From Octopus bimaculoides (taxonomy: Eukaryota): DNA of 64,000 nt. Positions 1 through 12,854 of this stretch are shown here, piece after piece. Below the pieces are notes generated by a model. That model was not told the DNA's origin and made no database searches. It saw nothing but the letters and a program-made list of their open reading frames with translations. The DNA is taken from assembly GCF_001194135.2 (NCBI RefSeq), contig NC_068986.1, positions 72,161,048-72,225,047 of the forward strand, given 5' to 3'. Each line of letters begins with the position of its first letter. Positions within the stretch are counted from its first letter, which is position 1. The translations under genes were made by a program, and so were the position numbers.

Positions 1-892
1 TACTCTTTTAACTGGTCGAGTGCTATTCTACTTTGTTGAAGCCTAAACGCCGGAGTTTTAATGGTGGCAGCTGATGAAGGGGATGTTTCTATGTGGCCTG
101 CTTGTTTGTTGCACCTTGTTTACCATTTTTGTCCTTGTTCTTTTGCCACGTCATGTACCCAGTTATGTATCTATATGTACATGTGGATGAACGTATATAC
201 ATATATGTACATATATATGCATATACTCATATATTGTTTATATATATATTTATATATATATATATATATATATATACGTTCCACATGTGCAGTATTTGTA
301 TGTCATAAAGATAACGATATACATATGTGTTTGTATGTGCGTGTGCATGCGTCTGAACATGAATATATGTATGCAACCATGTATAAGTGCATTTATATAT
401 GTGGGTATACATACTGATATGTGTATGTTATTATATTTGTATGTTTATGTAATTAAATTTACACGCAAGTGTGTGTTAAATTGTGTGTATAAATATATGT
501 ACTTTTATGGGTTTTTTATTTCTTTGTCCTTAGTCGACAGGCGAGTGTATATGTGTGTGCGTGTATGGGATTTTACGTTGGTGGGGCGTTACAAGGCCCG
601 ACATTCAGCAAGAATACTGGTAACATGAATACATATATACATAAATACATACACACATACATATATATATATAAACATGCATATACATACATGTATATAA
701 ATGCAAATACATACATAGAAAAACGCGTGCGCACTCACACACACACACACACATAAAAGCACCCAGTACATTAAAAGTGTTTGTAAGCAGTCTAAGCAGT
801 GACAACAGAGGGTTTGAGAGAGATCTTTAGTTTTGTTGATGGCAAGATAACGTGTATAGCGCTGGTTCCACAAAAAATGCACCTTGTATGTA

Positions 893-1693
893 CAAGGTGT
901 GTTCAAAAAGTATCCGACTTTATTTTCTTTCGCCAAAACTAATGACGCGTGGACAAAATCCTACGGGTGGGAGGTGACGCTAACTCTTCCTGCATTGTGT
1001 AAAAATTTTCGCGTCGGTAGGCTGCATCAGTTTCAGACTGTTACGTGTAGAGCGCGCATGTCAGACTTTCGTCTTCACCCAACGCATTGAGCAGGGATAT
1101 TGCATCAAGTTTTGCCAAAAGCTTGATGATGCTCAAGCTCAAACCATCCAGAAGATTCAGCAGGGCTTTGGGCGATGATGCCATGGGTAAAACTCAAATC
1201 TAGGAGCGGTACAACCAATTCAAACAATGACGTACTGCAGTGGAGAGCGAGGCACGATCAGGCGGGCCGTCCACAGGCTAAAACGAGGAAACGATTGCGT
1301 TAGTTCGGCGAATAGTCGTGCAACAATTCAGAAAATTGCTCACGAAGTGGGAATAAGCATAAGGTGAGTGCATTCCATTTTGAGGAGGATTTGTGTATGT
1401 GGAGAGTGTCGGCGAAATTCGTCCCCAAGGTGCAGGCAGAGCAGCAGAAGCAACTCTGCATGGAAATCCCTCAGGACATGCAGGACTGTAAACCACAACC
1501 CAGGCTTCACGAAGACCATCATTACTGGTGATGAGACATAAGTTTATTACTTCTGCTCGATGCGTTCGGTCTTCTTGCGTGAAAACGAAAATCCAACGAG
1601 CGCACACTACACGTATGTACTCTAAGCGTAACAGCCAGAAAATGATGCGGCCTACCGGTGCTAAAATTTTCAAGCATGCGCAGGAAAGGAGTT
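893..1693 (+). mobile_element. Degenerate mariner transposon 5' half with an inverted copy of its subterminal region
   Basis: TA|CAAGGTGTGTTCAAAAAGTATCCGACT mariner-type terminus. Broken transposase ending at IITGDET*VY (about 1518-1547). 1553-1693 is a diverged reverse complement of 982-1094. Confidence 0.8.
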
Positions 1694-1736
1694 AATGAGA
1701 AAGAGTTACACAGATAAAATATTGAGTATGAGAAGT

Positions 1737-2116
1737 GGAGGTGCAATGGCCCAGTGGTTAGGGCAGCGGACTCGCGGTCATAAGATCGTGGTTTCAATTC
1801 CCAGACTGGGCGTTGTGAGTGTTTATTGAGCGAAAACACCTAAAGCTCCACAAGGTTCCGGCAGGGGATGGTGGCGAACCCTGCTGTACTCTTTCACCAC
1901 AACTTTCATTCTTTCTTCCTGTTTCTGTTGTACCTGTATTTCAAAGGGGCCAACTTTGTCATGCTGTGTCACACTGAATATCCCACCGAGAACTACGTTA
2001 AGGGTACACGTGTCTGTGGAGTGCTCAGTCATTTGCACGTTAATTTCACGAGCAGGCTGTTCCGTTGATTGGATCAACTCGAACCTTCAACGTCGTAAGC
2101 GACGGAGTGCCAACCC
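1737..2116 (+). mobile_element. tRNA-headed SINE, family A, full length
   Basis: A-box-like TGGCCCAGTGG and B-box-like GGTTTCAATTCC. Other copies at 17403-17790 and 48639-49017. Degenerate 14-bp TSD TGAGTATGAGAAGT (1723-1736) / TGAGTTTGAGATGT (2117-2130). Confidence 0.85.
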
Positions 2117-2485
2117 TGAGTTTGAGATGTAGTGCCACCCGACTAACCTACATTATAGGTATGTGTTTGTAAAGTGCTGTGGAAAGTGTAGATGAAAATG
2201 GGTAATGGAAGGGAAATGGAAAGGAAAAGGAAAAGCAGTGAAAGAGGTTCAGAATTATAAACGCCCTGGGCAGTGAGTTGTTTATATGGATGTTCACATT
2301 CCTTGATTTGTTTCAGTCGTTTGAGCTCGAGCACCAGGAAAATAAGCTTGCTTTTCAATTCACATAATGCTTATGTACATTTATAAATTAACACATGTAT
2401 AGGTACGTATATACAAATTAATGCATATGTAAATCTGAATGCCATGCTGTATTTATGTATGTAGTTGTATGTATGTGTGTATGTA

Positions 2486-2524
<39 letters not shown>

Positions 2525-3109
2525 NNNNNNNNNNNNNNNNNNNNNNNNNNNNNNNNNNNNNNNNNNNNNNNNNNNNNNNNNNNNNNNNNNNNNNNNNNNN
2601 NNNNNNNNNNNNNNNNNNNNNNNNNNNNNNNNNNNNNNNNNNNNNNNNNNNNNNNNNNNNNNNNNNNNNNNNNNNNNNNNNNNNNNNNNNNNNNNNNNNN
2701 NNNNNNNNNNNNNNNNNNNNNNNNNNNNNNNNNNNNNNNNNNNNNNNNNNNNNNNNNNNNNNNNNNNNNNNNNNNNNNNNNNNNNNNNNNNNNNNNNNNN
2801 NNNNNNNNNNNNNNNNNNNNNNNNNNNNNNNNNNNNNNNNNNNNNNNNNNNNNNNNNNNNNNNNNNNNNNNNNNNNNNNNNNNNNNNNNNNNNNNNNNNN
2901 NNNNNNNNNNNNNNNNNNNNNNNNNNNNNNNNNNNNNNNNNNNNNNNNNNNNNNNNNNNNNNNNNNNNNNNNNNNNNNNNNNNNNNNNNNNNNNNNNNNN
3001 NNNNNNNNNNNNNNNNNNNNNNNNNNNNNNNNNNNNNNNNNNNNNNNNNNNNNNNNNNNNNNNNNNNNNNNNNNNNNNNNNNNNNNNNNNNNNNNNNNNN
3101 NNNNNNNNN
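2525..3109. other. Assembly gap (further gaps at 18624-18773, 36949-37274, 39121-39971, 40534-40722, 53121-53708)
   Basis: Runs of N, mostly abutting microsatellites or repeats. Confidence 1.
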
Positions 3110-3726
3110 GGTTCAGAATTATAAACGCCCTGGGCAGTGAGTTGTTTATATGGATGTTCACATTCCTTGATTTGTTTCAGTCGTTTGAGCTCGAGCACCA
3201 GGAAAATAAGCTTGCTTTTCAATTCACATAATGCTTATGTACATTTATAAATTAACACATGTATAGGTACGTATATACAAATTAATGCATATGTAAATCT
3301 GAATGCCATGCTGTATTTATGTATGTAGTTGTATGTATGTGTGTATGTGTAAAGTAACAGTTTTATAAAAAAAAACCCATTGGTTTCATATCTAGCGTGG
3401 ACTAGACATATTTTCAGTTTCTCTACATGATAACTGCTCTCTGCAAAGAATGTTTTTTTAAAAACATAAGAACGCTGGTGATAGTTGAAGAAATATTCCT
3501 CTGAAAAAATTATGGCTGGGCAAGTTGTCTTCCTTTGCTTGATAGCTAGGTTTTCCAATTTTGAAGTAAAAATTTCCAAAAATGTGGACAACTCCCCACA
3601 GCTTCTGTCCTGGAGTTCAGGTAGCCTCCTGGCTCATGTGAGTTCATGAGGATTATATATTTTTCTGCCATATACAATTTACATAGTCTTGTTCCATTGC
3701 GAGAGGGTCCACAAGTTTCTAGTAAT

Positions 3727-4019
3727 GAGGGTTCCAGTTGATCCGATCAACAGAACAGTCTGCTCATGAAATTAACATGCAAGTGGCTGAGCATTCCACA
3801 AACATGTGTACCCTCAACATAGTTCTCAGAGAGATTCGCCGTGACACAGAGTATGACAAGGCTGGCCCTTTGAAATACAGGTACAACTCATTTTTGCCAG
3901 CTGAGTGGACTGGAGCAATGTGAAATAAAGTGTCTTGCTCAAGGACACATGTCACCAGGAATTGAACTTATGACCTTGCAATCATGAGCCAAATACCCTA
4001 ACCAGGAAGCCGTGCACCT
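3727..4019 (-). mobile_element. SINE with head type B and the family-A 3' body
   Basis: Shares the body 'tgtacctgtatttcaaagggccagcc...ggatcaactggaaccc' with family A but has a different tRNA-like head. A similar copy lies at 62715-63010. Confidence 0.75.
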
Positions 4020-4319
4020 TCACTTATATATATGCGTGTGTGTGAATATATATATATATATATATATATATAGGGCTCAATGATTGTAAGATTTTGGTTT
4101 CAGTTCCCTGATAAGTCAATGCATTGGTGTTATTGAGCAAAAGCACCTTATTTCCTGTTGCTCCAGTCCACTTAGTTGGCAAAAGTTGCAAGATTACAAT
4201 CCTGCAACAGACCAGTGTGCCATCCAGCGAAGAATATATATACCACAGAATCCAGGAGACTGGTCTTATGCATATATACGTGTGTGTGTGTGTGTGTGTG
4301 TGTATGCATATATGTGTAT

Positions 4320-4525
4320 GTCTTTGTTTGTCCTTCCACCACTTGACAACTGCTGTTGGTTTGCTTGCATCCCTGTAACTTAGCAGTTCAATCAAAGAGC
4401 CCAAAAGAATAAGTACAAGACTTTTTAAAAAATAAATACTAAGGTCAATTCACTCAATGAAACCCTTCAAGGCAGTGCCCTAGCATGGCTGCAGTCCAAT
4501 AACTGAAACAAATAAAGAATAAAAG
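4320..4525 (+). mobile_element. SINE family C, 3' half
   Basis: Matches the 3' half of 17820-18200 (gcttgacaac...ccctgtaacttagcagttc...gcatggctgcagtc). Confidence 0.7.
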
Positions 4526-4582
4526 ACAAAAGACAAGTAATTTTTAAAGAGAAGAAAGTATTATTCACATGTTACATAACCA

Positions 4583-4691
4583 TTTATTCATACAGGCATG
4601 TTAGAATAAATTTGGTTGAATAAAATATAATTTCAAAAATATAAGCATCCAAATATGAAACTGTCTAGATATTTTTAGTTGAAATTTTATT
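4583..4691 (-). promoter_or_regulatory. Candidate polyadenylation signals of TM2D2 (AATAAA at 4691-4686 and 4588-4583)
   Basis: Two minus-strand AATAAA hexamers about 240 and 340 nt after the stop codon. The context is AT-rich, so chance occurrence is possible. Confidence 0.3.
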
Positions 4692-4927
4692 CAAGTAATT
4701 ATTAACAATAAAGCACAATTTTAAATTAAAAGCAGTACATCATATAAAAGGCATATTTGATACAAATTTACCATTAATAAATGAATGCAGGTTTTAATTA
4801 GCATTGTCTTCAAATTATGCATTTCTGCAAGTCATTGTATTCTCTCTTATGTTTTGAGACTTTTAAACAGCAAATATATTTTTCATTTCAAATTGAACAC
4901 TACAAATATGTTAATAAAAAAATCTCT

Positions 4928-5052
4928 TCAGTAATAGGGAACCCAACTGCTGCCATCTTCAGGCTTTAAAGATCCAGTAATCAAAAGAATAATGTCAACA
5001 ATCCACCAGATGCCTATTCCACCAAGCGTCAGTAATTTACCAACAGCAGTTC
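4928..5052 (-). CDS. TM2D2: TM2D2 terminal coding exon 5 (second TM2 helix, stop)
   Basis: Acceptor tttatatttatttgcAG; GA+[40 protein letters not shown], then TGA at 4930-4928. The C-terminus resembles TM2D2 ('...LITGGLMPSDGSNWCTVY') rather than TM2D1 or TM2D3. Spliced CDS = 149+88+116+89+125 = 567 nt = 188 aa plus stop. Confidence 0.96.
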
Positions 5053-5221
5053 CTGCAAATAAATATAAAATTTAATATTAAATGTGAAAATAATAAAAAG
5101 TTTTTTAATTTGTGTCTGATTATATATTTATACATACATGCATGCACGCATGCACACACACATGCACGCATGCACACACACATGCACGCACGCACGTATG
5201 TATATACGTACGTATGTATAA

Positions 5222-5690
5222 CATTATCATTTAGCATCCATTTTCCATGCTGGTATGGGTAAGATACTATGACATGGTTTGGTCTGTTTTGGCATGGTTT
5301 CTACAGCTAGATGCTCTTCCTAATGCTAACCACTCCTCAGAGTATACTCGGCATTTTTTATATATCACTGACCTGGGTGCCTTTTATGTGTCACCAGTAT
5401 GGGTACTTTTTGTGTCACCAACATGGGTTCCTTTCACATGTCACCAACACTAGCCATGACTATGATTTCACTTAGCTTGGTGTGTCTTCTCAAGCACAGC
5501 AAATTGTGAAAAGTCTCAGTCGTTTGTCATCGCCTCCATGAAACTCAACATCCAAACATCGTATTTCTCCACCTTGTCTTCCTGAGTCTACCTCTTCCAC
5601 AGATTGTCTTCACAGTTAAAGATCAACACTTCTTTACACAGCTGTACTCGATCGCATGCATCACATGTCGAAACCAGTGCAGTTTTCTAT
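5222..5690 (-). mobile_element. RTE-clade LINE 3' end (ORF2 C-terminus and 3' UTR)
   Basis: Minus strand reads LHWFRHVM...SCVKKC*SLTV...GRGRLRKT, the degenerate RTE 'LRWYGHV...GRGRPRKTW' segment. The 3' UTR is shared with other copies in the window. Confidence 0.75.
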
Positions 5691-6025
5691 ATATAAATGT
5701 TTGTTTTTATGTTACAATAAAAACAATTTTAGATTTAATTGAAGGATTACTCAATACATTTGGTAGAGTACAAATTTATTCTTTAACAATAGTATTGACA
5801 GTGACTTCAAAGTTTCAGGGTGTAGAGTTAGGTACACAGGGTGTAGAGTTAGGGTATTTCCAGGGAAGCACTCAACCCAAAAACTGGGCTATCAACATTA
5901 TCGGGTTCCAGGCCAAAGCCAAAATTCATCAAGTGTAGAAAATCCAAGTTTCAAAATGACTCCACTGTAAAGTGAGTTAGGAGAAGAGTAAATAATTCAA
6001 ATGATAAGAACACAAAGAAAATTCC

Positions 6026-6198
6026 TTAACACATTTTTAATGATTCATTACAATTGCTTCTGCACCTTCGATGCAAGTCTGATGAAGTGCCTCTCTAATA
6101 TCTAAAACTGCAAACATTACATAAATTTTTGTGTTAACTGGCACTGCAAATAGAGTTGGTACAGAAACAATTGTAACAAATTATTAAAGATGTGTTAA
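6026..6198. mobile_element. Short imperfect fold-back (MITE-like) element
   Basis: About 41-bp imperfect inverted arms: TTAACACATTTTTAATGATTCATTACAATTGCTTCTGCACC versus the reverse complement of GGTACAGAAACAATTGTAACAAATTATTAAAGATGTGTTAA. Confidence 0.55.
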
Positions 6199-6225
6199 AG
6201 AATTTTTTTTGTCTTCTTATCATTT

Positions 6226-6259
<34 letters not shown>

Positions 6260-6264
<5 letters not shown>

Positions 6265-6420
6265 GGCAATTTTTATCTGTCTGTTACCAACTTAGTGCCT
6301 AAACCACCAAAATAATATTCACGAAACTTTGCATACATGTGACACTAACATCCAGTTCAATAATAGGCTATTTGGATTTCAATAAAAATCTATAATGTGC
6401 CCACCCCCTCTGGGGTGTTA
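6260..6420 (+). mobile_element. Possible non-autonomous Helitron-like fragment
   Basis: (TA)n followed by 'atctgtctgt...aatattcacgaaactttgcatac', a layout typical of small Helitron-derived elements. No 3' CTAG hairpin was found. Confidence 0.3.
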
Positions 6421-6718
6421 GATGAATTATATGATAATATGAGAAGGTTGCAAAATTATAAGTCTGAGGTAGTAACAGAGAGAGGGTGGGTTATATCAGT
6501 GAAGGCAAGAACAGTAGTGAAATTGGGATGATAACATTAATAAAGCTGTCATATACACATGACACTGCATACATACTTTCATAAATACATAGATACAATA
6601 CACACATGCACACACACAGAATAGTGGGTGTGAGGAATACGTAGCTTTACCGAGAGTGGGGATAGGTGGCTTTTCTGATGTCCATCGCAAAGAAACACTC
6701 ACTCACAGACACACACAC

Positions 6719-6769
<51 letters not shown>

Positions 6770-6963
6770 CATATGTCTACTATACACCATTTTAAACTCG
6801 TGATTACCTGTGTGTACATATTGACATATGATTGGGGATAGGAATGGGCGTGGAACTAAAACAGGAACTGAACAGGGAACAGGATAGGACATGAAACAGT
6901 GTAATGGGAATGGGAACTGGAAATAACCCCTACTTTTATGGGTATTACTGGGTAATTCAGCTA

Positions 6964-7051
<88 letters not shown>

Positions 7052-8037
7052 TATGAGATTAATTTGGTAAAAATAAACAGTCTGGAAATCTATCATATAA
7101 TGTGTGTGTGTATGCACATGCATGCGCACGCATACATGACTACATGCATACATGCCTACATGTAAATGAATGTGTTTGCATATGTGCATATCTTTGCAAA
7201 CATTTACATTTACATTCTGCAATTCACATGAAAATGTTGAGCTATAGTTTAGTTTGTTGACATTCCCTATCAACAAGCTGCCCACTAGCTGTGTGCTTTC
7301 CAAGGCAAGTGAAAAATCCCTAACTTGAAAAATAGGTGACGATTGATAACAGGAAAGGCATCTAACTGTAAAACAAAGTTCGACATGTATTCATTTAACT
7401 TAATATAGCAAGGAAAAAGAATGAACAAATGAATGAAAATTCATACCTGTGTGTGTGTGTGTGTGCACACGCGCGCGCGTATGCAAAATCAACCTCCTTA
7501 AACTAGTAACACCAAAACAAGCATAACCCTTACCATAATTAGAATCATATAGAAGGACAATCACATATTGTTAATGTATGGTATAATATAACAAAACCAC
7601 CACAAACCAAGAACACATACAAGTTTAACACAACAAGAGTGTATACATTCATCTTCAGCTGCTATACAGATATCATTATAGTTTTGACACTTGGATAGTA
7701 CCATTCAATCAGGTGGTGTCAATAGTATTAAAAACATAAATGCTGACAAGAAATTAATAGACAAAATGCAGAAGTGAAACATTAGCACATTTTGTCCATT
7801 ACATTTACACCTGCTTATTGTCATGAATACAAATCTCAAGCACATATCTTCAATGAGACGGATACAGTTTCTATCAGGACAAGTAACCACTAATAACTCT
7901 TCTTAGTGAGACAACTACAGAAGTTTTTCGCTTGACAATTGACAAGTCTCTTCACCCCTTGGGAGTCATTGGGGCATTGCAACCATGCAGTGTATCTAAA
8001 GCAAGAAAGCCTGGCAGAACCCATCAAGCTCCAGGCT

Positions 8038-8335
8038 AAACTCATTTCTACAGCTCAGTGGACTGGAGCAATGTGAAATGAAGTGTTTTGCTTAAGAACA
8101 CAATGGAATGCTCGGTCCAGGGATCAAAACCACAATCTTATGGTCATAAATCCAATACCCTAACCACTAATTGACGCACATCCACTAATGGTACTCATTT
8201 CTATAGCTGAGTGGACTGGAGCAATGTGATGTGAAGTGTTTTGCTCAAGAACAAAACGCATCACCTGGTCCAGAAATCAAAACCACAATCTTACGATCAT
8301 GAGTCAAACACCCTAACCACTAAACCACGCACCTC
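8038..8335 (-). mobile_element. Two tandem SINE head-B fragments
   Basis: 'cagctcagtggactggagcaatgtga...ttttgct...ggtccag..atcaaaaccacaatctta' occurs twice in tandem. Confidence 0.7.
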
Positions 8336-8399
8336 CATAAGTTATATAAACCATTATAATTAGCATTTGCTAGAAAAGACTCTATAGTCTGATGGTCAT

Positions 8400-9340
8400 G
8401 GAAAACATTGGGTGTAAATGAATGACTTGTGAAGCCATCCAGGTTATTTACAGCAAGATGTTGTCAGCAAAGTGGAAGTTAGCAATAAGACAGTGATGTA
8501 TTTAGCATGTAGGTATTTGTCAAAGCTCAGTCCTCAGCTCTCACCAGTTTAGCTCATAAAAGAGGAGTTCAAGATTGGCTATCCATAATGTCCTGTATGC
8601 TGGAGATCTAGTTCTTACAGCCAAATAAGATGAAGTATTTAGGGAAAAAGTTTCAACATTTGCAGGTTCCAGATTCAAAAGGCCTAAAAGTAAACCCAGA
8701 AAGGAGAAAAGTTTTATCAGATAAAAACACAGAATTCTACTGCCACCCGAAGAAGTAATGTTTCATATGAAAGAAAAGAGAAAGTAAAAATTCTATTCTG
8801 TGAGTTGAATATAAACAATAAATGTACAAAAGGTGAAGTGAGATCACAGGTAAGTTGACAGAGAAGAACAACATATGCAACAGACAAAGAAGAGTAAATA
8901 GGAGTAAGAATATGAAGTAAAATCTTTCAACTACCAAGATGTCTTGCTAGAAGCAGTCAACAGCTTCACTTACATATGTGATTTAATCATAAGTGGAAGT
9001 GGGTGTTGTGAAATGATAGTTGCTAGAGTAAAGGTACAGTGAAAAATATGAAGGAAACTATTCTAATAATAACAGTAAGTTTTTTTCCATTTGGGGAAAA
9101 GCAGATTGTATGATGTTTGTGTATAAAGTGTGATACTGCATAATAGTGAGACAAAAGTACTAACTGAAGAGTCTGTATGAAAGCTGGAAAAAAATAACTG
9201 AAGCAAGCATGCTCCCCTGGATGTATAATTTCAGCATACATGAACAGTGTACAGATGAAAGGAGAGAAAAACATGTGCAACAGAGTAATCGACTGTACTG
9301 TGCATGAGAAAAGTCTGTGCTGTTGCAGATATTCTTCATA
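8400..9340 (+). mobile_element. Highly degenerate RTE-clade LINE RT fragment
   Basis: LYAGDLVLTA (from LYADDLVLIA), SKGLKVN and LEAVNSFTYICDLIISGSGCCEMIVARV remnants. Confidence 0.65.
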
Positions 9341-9668
9341 AGTGGATATGAAGAATGGTTGTTGAGAGAAAAAGAGTCTAGCTAGTTAAGTGGAAAGAGG
9401 CTGTAGATGAAAAAGATCTGGTGAAGGCTGATCTCATAAAATAATTATGATGATATACATGCACATAAAAGTATATATAAGCTAATATGTTAATATACAT
9501 ACATGTACACATAAAATGTGTGTGCGTATGCATGTTTGTTTTTGAGTGAGCACACATGTTTACGCACACACACACATATAAATGTAGATATATAAACACT
9601 TAATGCAAACATATATATCATGATATATATATGCGTGTGTGTGTATGTATATGTGTGTATGTGTATGC

Positions 9669-9708
<40 letters not shown>

Positions 9709-10202
9709 ACATGTGTAGATATATATAAATATACAAAGTGGATGTACATGAAGTATGATCATTGCTAGAAATAAAAGCCGGTAATCTATCGGCACTATGT
9801 AGAGCTTCACTGAATGTTTACAGGCAGACATGTTTGCAGTCAGTGAATATAGGAAAATTCTGTCTTACCTCTATGGAGACTGTTAGAGGAATGAAGGATA
9901 ATTCAGTACCACAGTTTCAAACTTTTCAGATCACGTGCGTGAGTGCAAATCTGATTGGTTATCTTCAGTTGAATCTACCATTGATGACCAAATTTTAAGA
10001 TATTCACTACATCTCTGCCTGTTTACTCAGCTGAAAACTCTACATAGCAATGATCGAACTTCGTGTACATCAGCTTTGTATATCTATAATTCTACCTTTT
10101 ATGGTGTTTTATTCTTGCTGGATAGTAATATTATTTTTAATATTATCTATATTTCTTGCTTGTCCTCCTTGCATTCATAATTTCTCCATCACTTTGGTTC
10201 AA

Positions 10203-10665
10203 CAGCCCTCACCGTTTGTTTTTACTGACATGTTCTCACTGTCCTGTTCTTGTTAACACTTTCACCCTCCGCAAAAAATCCCAAATTTTATTTAATTTGC
10301 TTTGCGGGAAGCACTGTTTCAACGAAGTCGCGTATTGTCCTTACCTTCAAAACGTGGAGTAGACAAAACAGGGACAACTGAAGAAGGGGTATATTCTTTA
10401 TGTTGCATGTCTTCATTCTCTGTCTGTTTTTTCGTTATTCGAAAAAAAAGTTTGTTTTCTATGTTTTCGTTTCACATTGTGTTTAACGTTTTTTTGATGT
10501 CTTGTACCCATATATGTACCCATGCATATATGTACCCATATATGCATGTATATATACATATATATGTAGGTATACATATATATGTATGTATATATGCATA
10601 TATTTATATATTATTTATATTATTATATGATCGAATGCCATGCATCCTTTTCCAAGTAAGTTTTA
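10203..10665 (+). mobile_element. Penelope-type terminal (pLTR-like) repeat
   Basis: Homologous to 61390-61724 (inverted) and 11960-12180. Adjacent to a Penelope RT ORF remnant. Contains a CTGANGA motif. Confidence 0.55.
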
Positions 10666-10901
10666 TATATATATATACGTATGTATATATGTATTATATA
10701 TGTATGTATGCATGTATATGTATATGTATAGACACATAGTGTGTATGTGTGTCTGTGTTTATGTATGTGTGTGTGTGTGTGTGTAAATATAATTAAGATT
10801 CAGTTGAATTAGGTACCTAAATTGAGGCACCTTCCTAGGTTGGTATAATCCGCACACCCAAACAATACTAATTGAATATTGAATATCAAAACTCCGTGTG
10901 T

Positions 10902-11498
10902 TTATACTTTAGGTTGTCTCTTACTGAGAGTTATAGTTTGATCTGTAATGATATTTCTCAATTCCTTACTTTGTGCAATGATTGGTAGGTTTGCTTTAGC
11001 GATATTGAAGATGTTCTGGTGGCATGGATTGTGTGTCACTATAAATGGTATGATTTGTTCTTGTTTTTCTCTTCTTTGCGGTGTCCTCAGTTGTTGTATG
11101 GGTATTTTCGAATCCCACTGAATACCATTTTCTATAAGTAGTGACGGGTATTTTTGTTTAAGCAGAAATTCTTTCAGTTCCATCAGGTGCTGATTTCTGG
11201 TCTTTAGATCCTCTACAATGGTACAGATTCTTCTGGCTAAGCAGTATGGGATGTTACGTTTTGTATGGGGTGGATGGCACGATTTAAAATTCAGGTATTG
11301 GTGTGTATCTGTGTGTTTATAATATATATCTGTGGTAATGGTGGTGTTCTTTTTAACTACCATTATATCTAGAAATGATAATTTGATACTGCTCATCCCC
11401 TTTGTGAATTGGATGGACGGGTGTAGGTTGTTCAGGATGGTGTTGAATTCTTCCACAGTGTTTTGAGATTTTGTCCAGATTATAAAGTATCTCAGCAC
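10902..11498 (-). mobile_element. Penelope-like element RT C-terminal/thumb fragment
   Basis: LNNLHPSIQFT...LSFLDIMV...TDIYYKHTDTHQYLNFKSCHPPHTKRNIPYCLARRICTIV...KRQPK is the characteristic PLE RT C-terminal region. 5'-truncated. Confidence 0.88.
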
Positions 11499-11959
11499 GC
11501 AATTTTGTCAGTGAACAGGTCGCGGTCTCAAAGCGTTGAAAATATTTTGACAATTTAAATTTAAATGTTGAAGTGAATCTAACGGTTTTTGCATGTTTCG
11601 TAAATGGCTTATAAACACCTTCTACGCTGCAATTATTATATATATATATATTTAGATTCAGGTGAATATGGTACTTAAGTTGAGACACCAGAATTTAGTA
11701 CGCTATTATCCATACAATTTCAAAGTAAGGTGATTAAAACCAAAATAAGCAACAAGGATATCCAGATGTAATGCAGTATGATTGTTTCATGCAACTCCAT
11801 TTAATTGAACAATGTAATCATTACATCAATTTAAATACAGAGCAATCCTCAGCTGCACAAAGACATAGAATTTATTTAAATTAGAACAGATGGACACATT
11901 AGTATAATTTTACATAGAAGTTAACTTCTATGTTGTAGTATAAGCAACATGTTCTTTGT

Positions 11960-12670
11960 CTATCTCCTAAGGGATTCTTTGCGGAGGGTTAAAGTAGTAA
12001 CAAAAACAGTTGCCTCATTTTGTTGACGTTTTTTTTTTTATGTCCTGTACCCATATATGCATGTATATATGCAAATATATGTAGGTATGTACATATATGT
12101 ATGTATATATGTATATATTTATATATTATTTATATTATTATATGATCGAACGACACGCATCCATTCTCAAGTAAGTTCTATCTGCATTCAGCCAAGCCTG
12201 ATCTTTCTTTCTTGGCCAAACGTTGTACGTGCAACATCGATATTCCTCCCTGTGCCTGTGAAATCTTGTATCCCTGCCGTAAGGCTTTATTTCCACACAC
12301 GCCAGCTTAATTTAATTCATCCTTAGTCAAAAGACATGTGTTGCTATGTCCTGCTATTATTTTTATTTTTATTGTATTTGTGTAACATTATTTGTTTTTT
12401 TCCGTCCTTGTTTTTTGTATACATTCACTGCTATTTTCCAAGGAATCTAATGCGCTTAGCTTAGTTTTTTCCTTGGGGCTGGCCAGATTGGAGCAATATC
12501 GAGAATAACCAGCTGAAATTGCAAAGATAATCTGGATCTCAACTGAGGAAAGAAAACTCCGAATGACCTGTCCTTGTTTTCTTTGTACCGTCTGTCTGGA
12601 TGTTTTGTTGTCCCTTTCTTGTATCACCTAACTGTCTGGATGTTTTGCGTTCTTGTCCCATTTTGTATTA
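11960..12670 (+). mobile_element. Further Penelope-type terminal repeat fragments
   Basis: 12040-12180 repeats 10510-10660. 12380-12670 is a second low-complexity terminal repeat of similar style. Confidence 0.4.
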
Positions 12671-12730
12671 TTTATATATATATATATATATATTTATGTA
12701 TGTATATATATGTATATATATATATATATG

Positions 12731-12795
<65 letters not shown>

Positions 12796-12819
12796 GTATA
12801 TTCTGTGTGTATGTATGTG

Positions 12820-12854
<35 letters not shown>

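Noticed and set aside
61-805. Many overlapping ORFs rich in Y/I/C/V/M/H/T (also around 6650-7300, 9380-9830, 12570-12970, 18150-18900 and 48230-48575)
   Set aside because: These are translations of (AT)n, (GT)n and (ATAC)n microsatellites, with no coding signal.
1737-1810. tRNA-like sequences (also at the heads of other SINEs)
   Set aside because: These are SINE heads continuing into SINE bodies with TSDs, not tRNA genes.
2246-3348. Apparent exact duplication of about 240 bp (2246-2484 and 3110-3348), giving twin ORFs MKSKLIFLVLELK...
   Set aside because: Identical copies on either side of an N-gap next to an (AT)n run are most likely a scaffolding overlap artefact.
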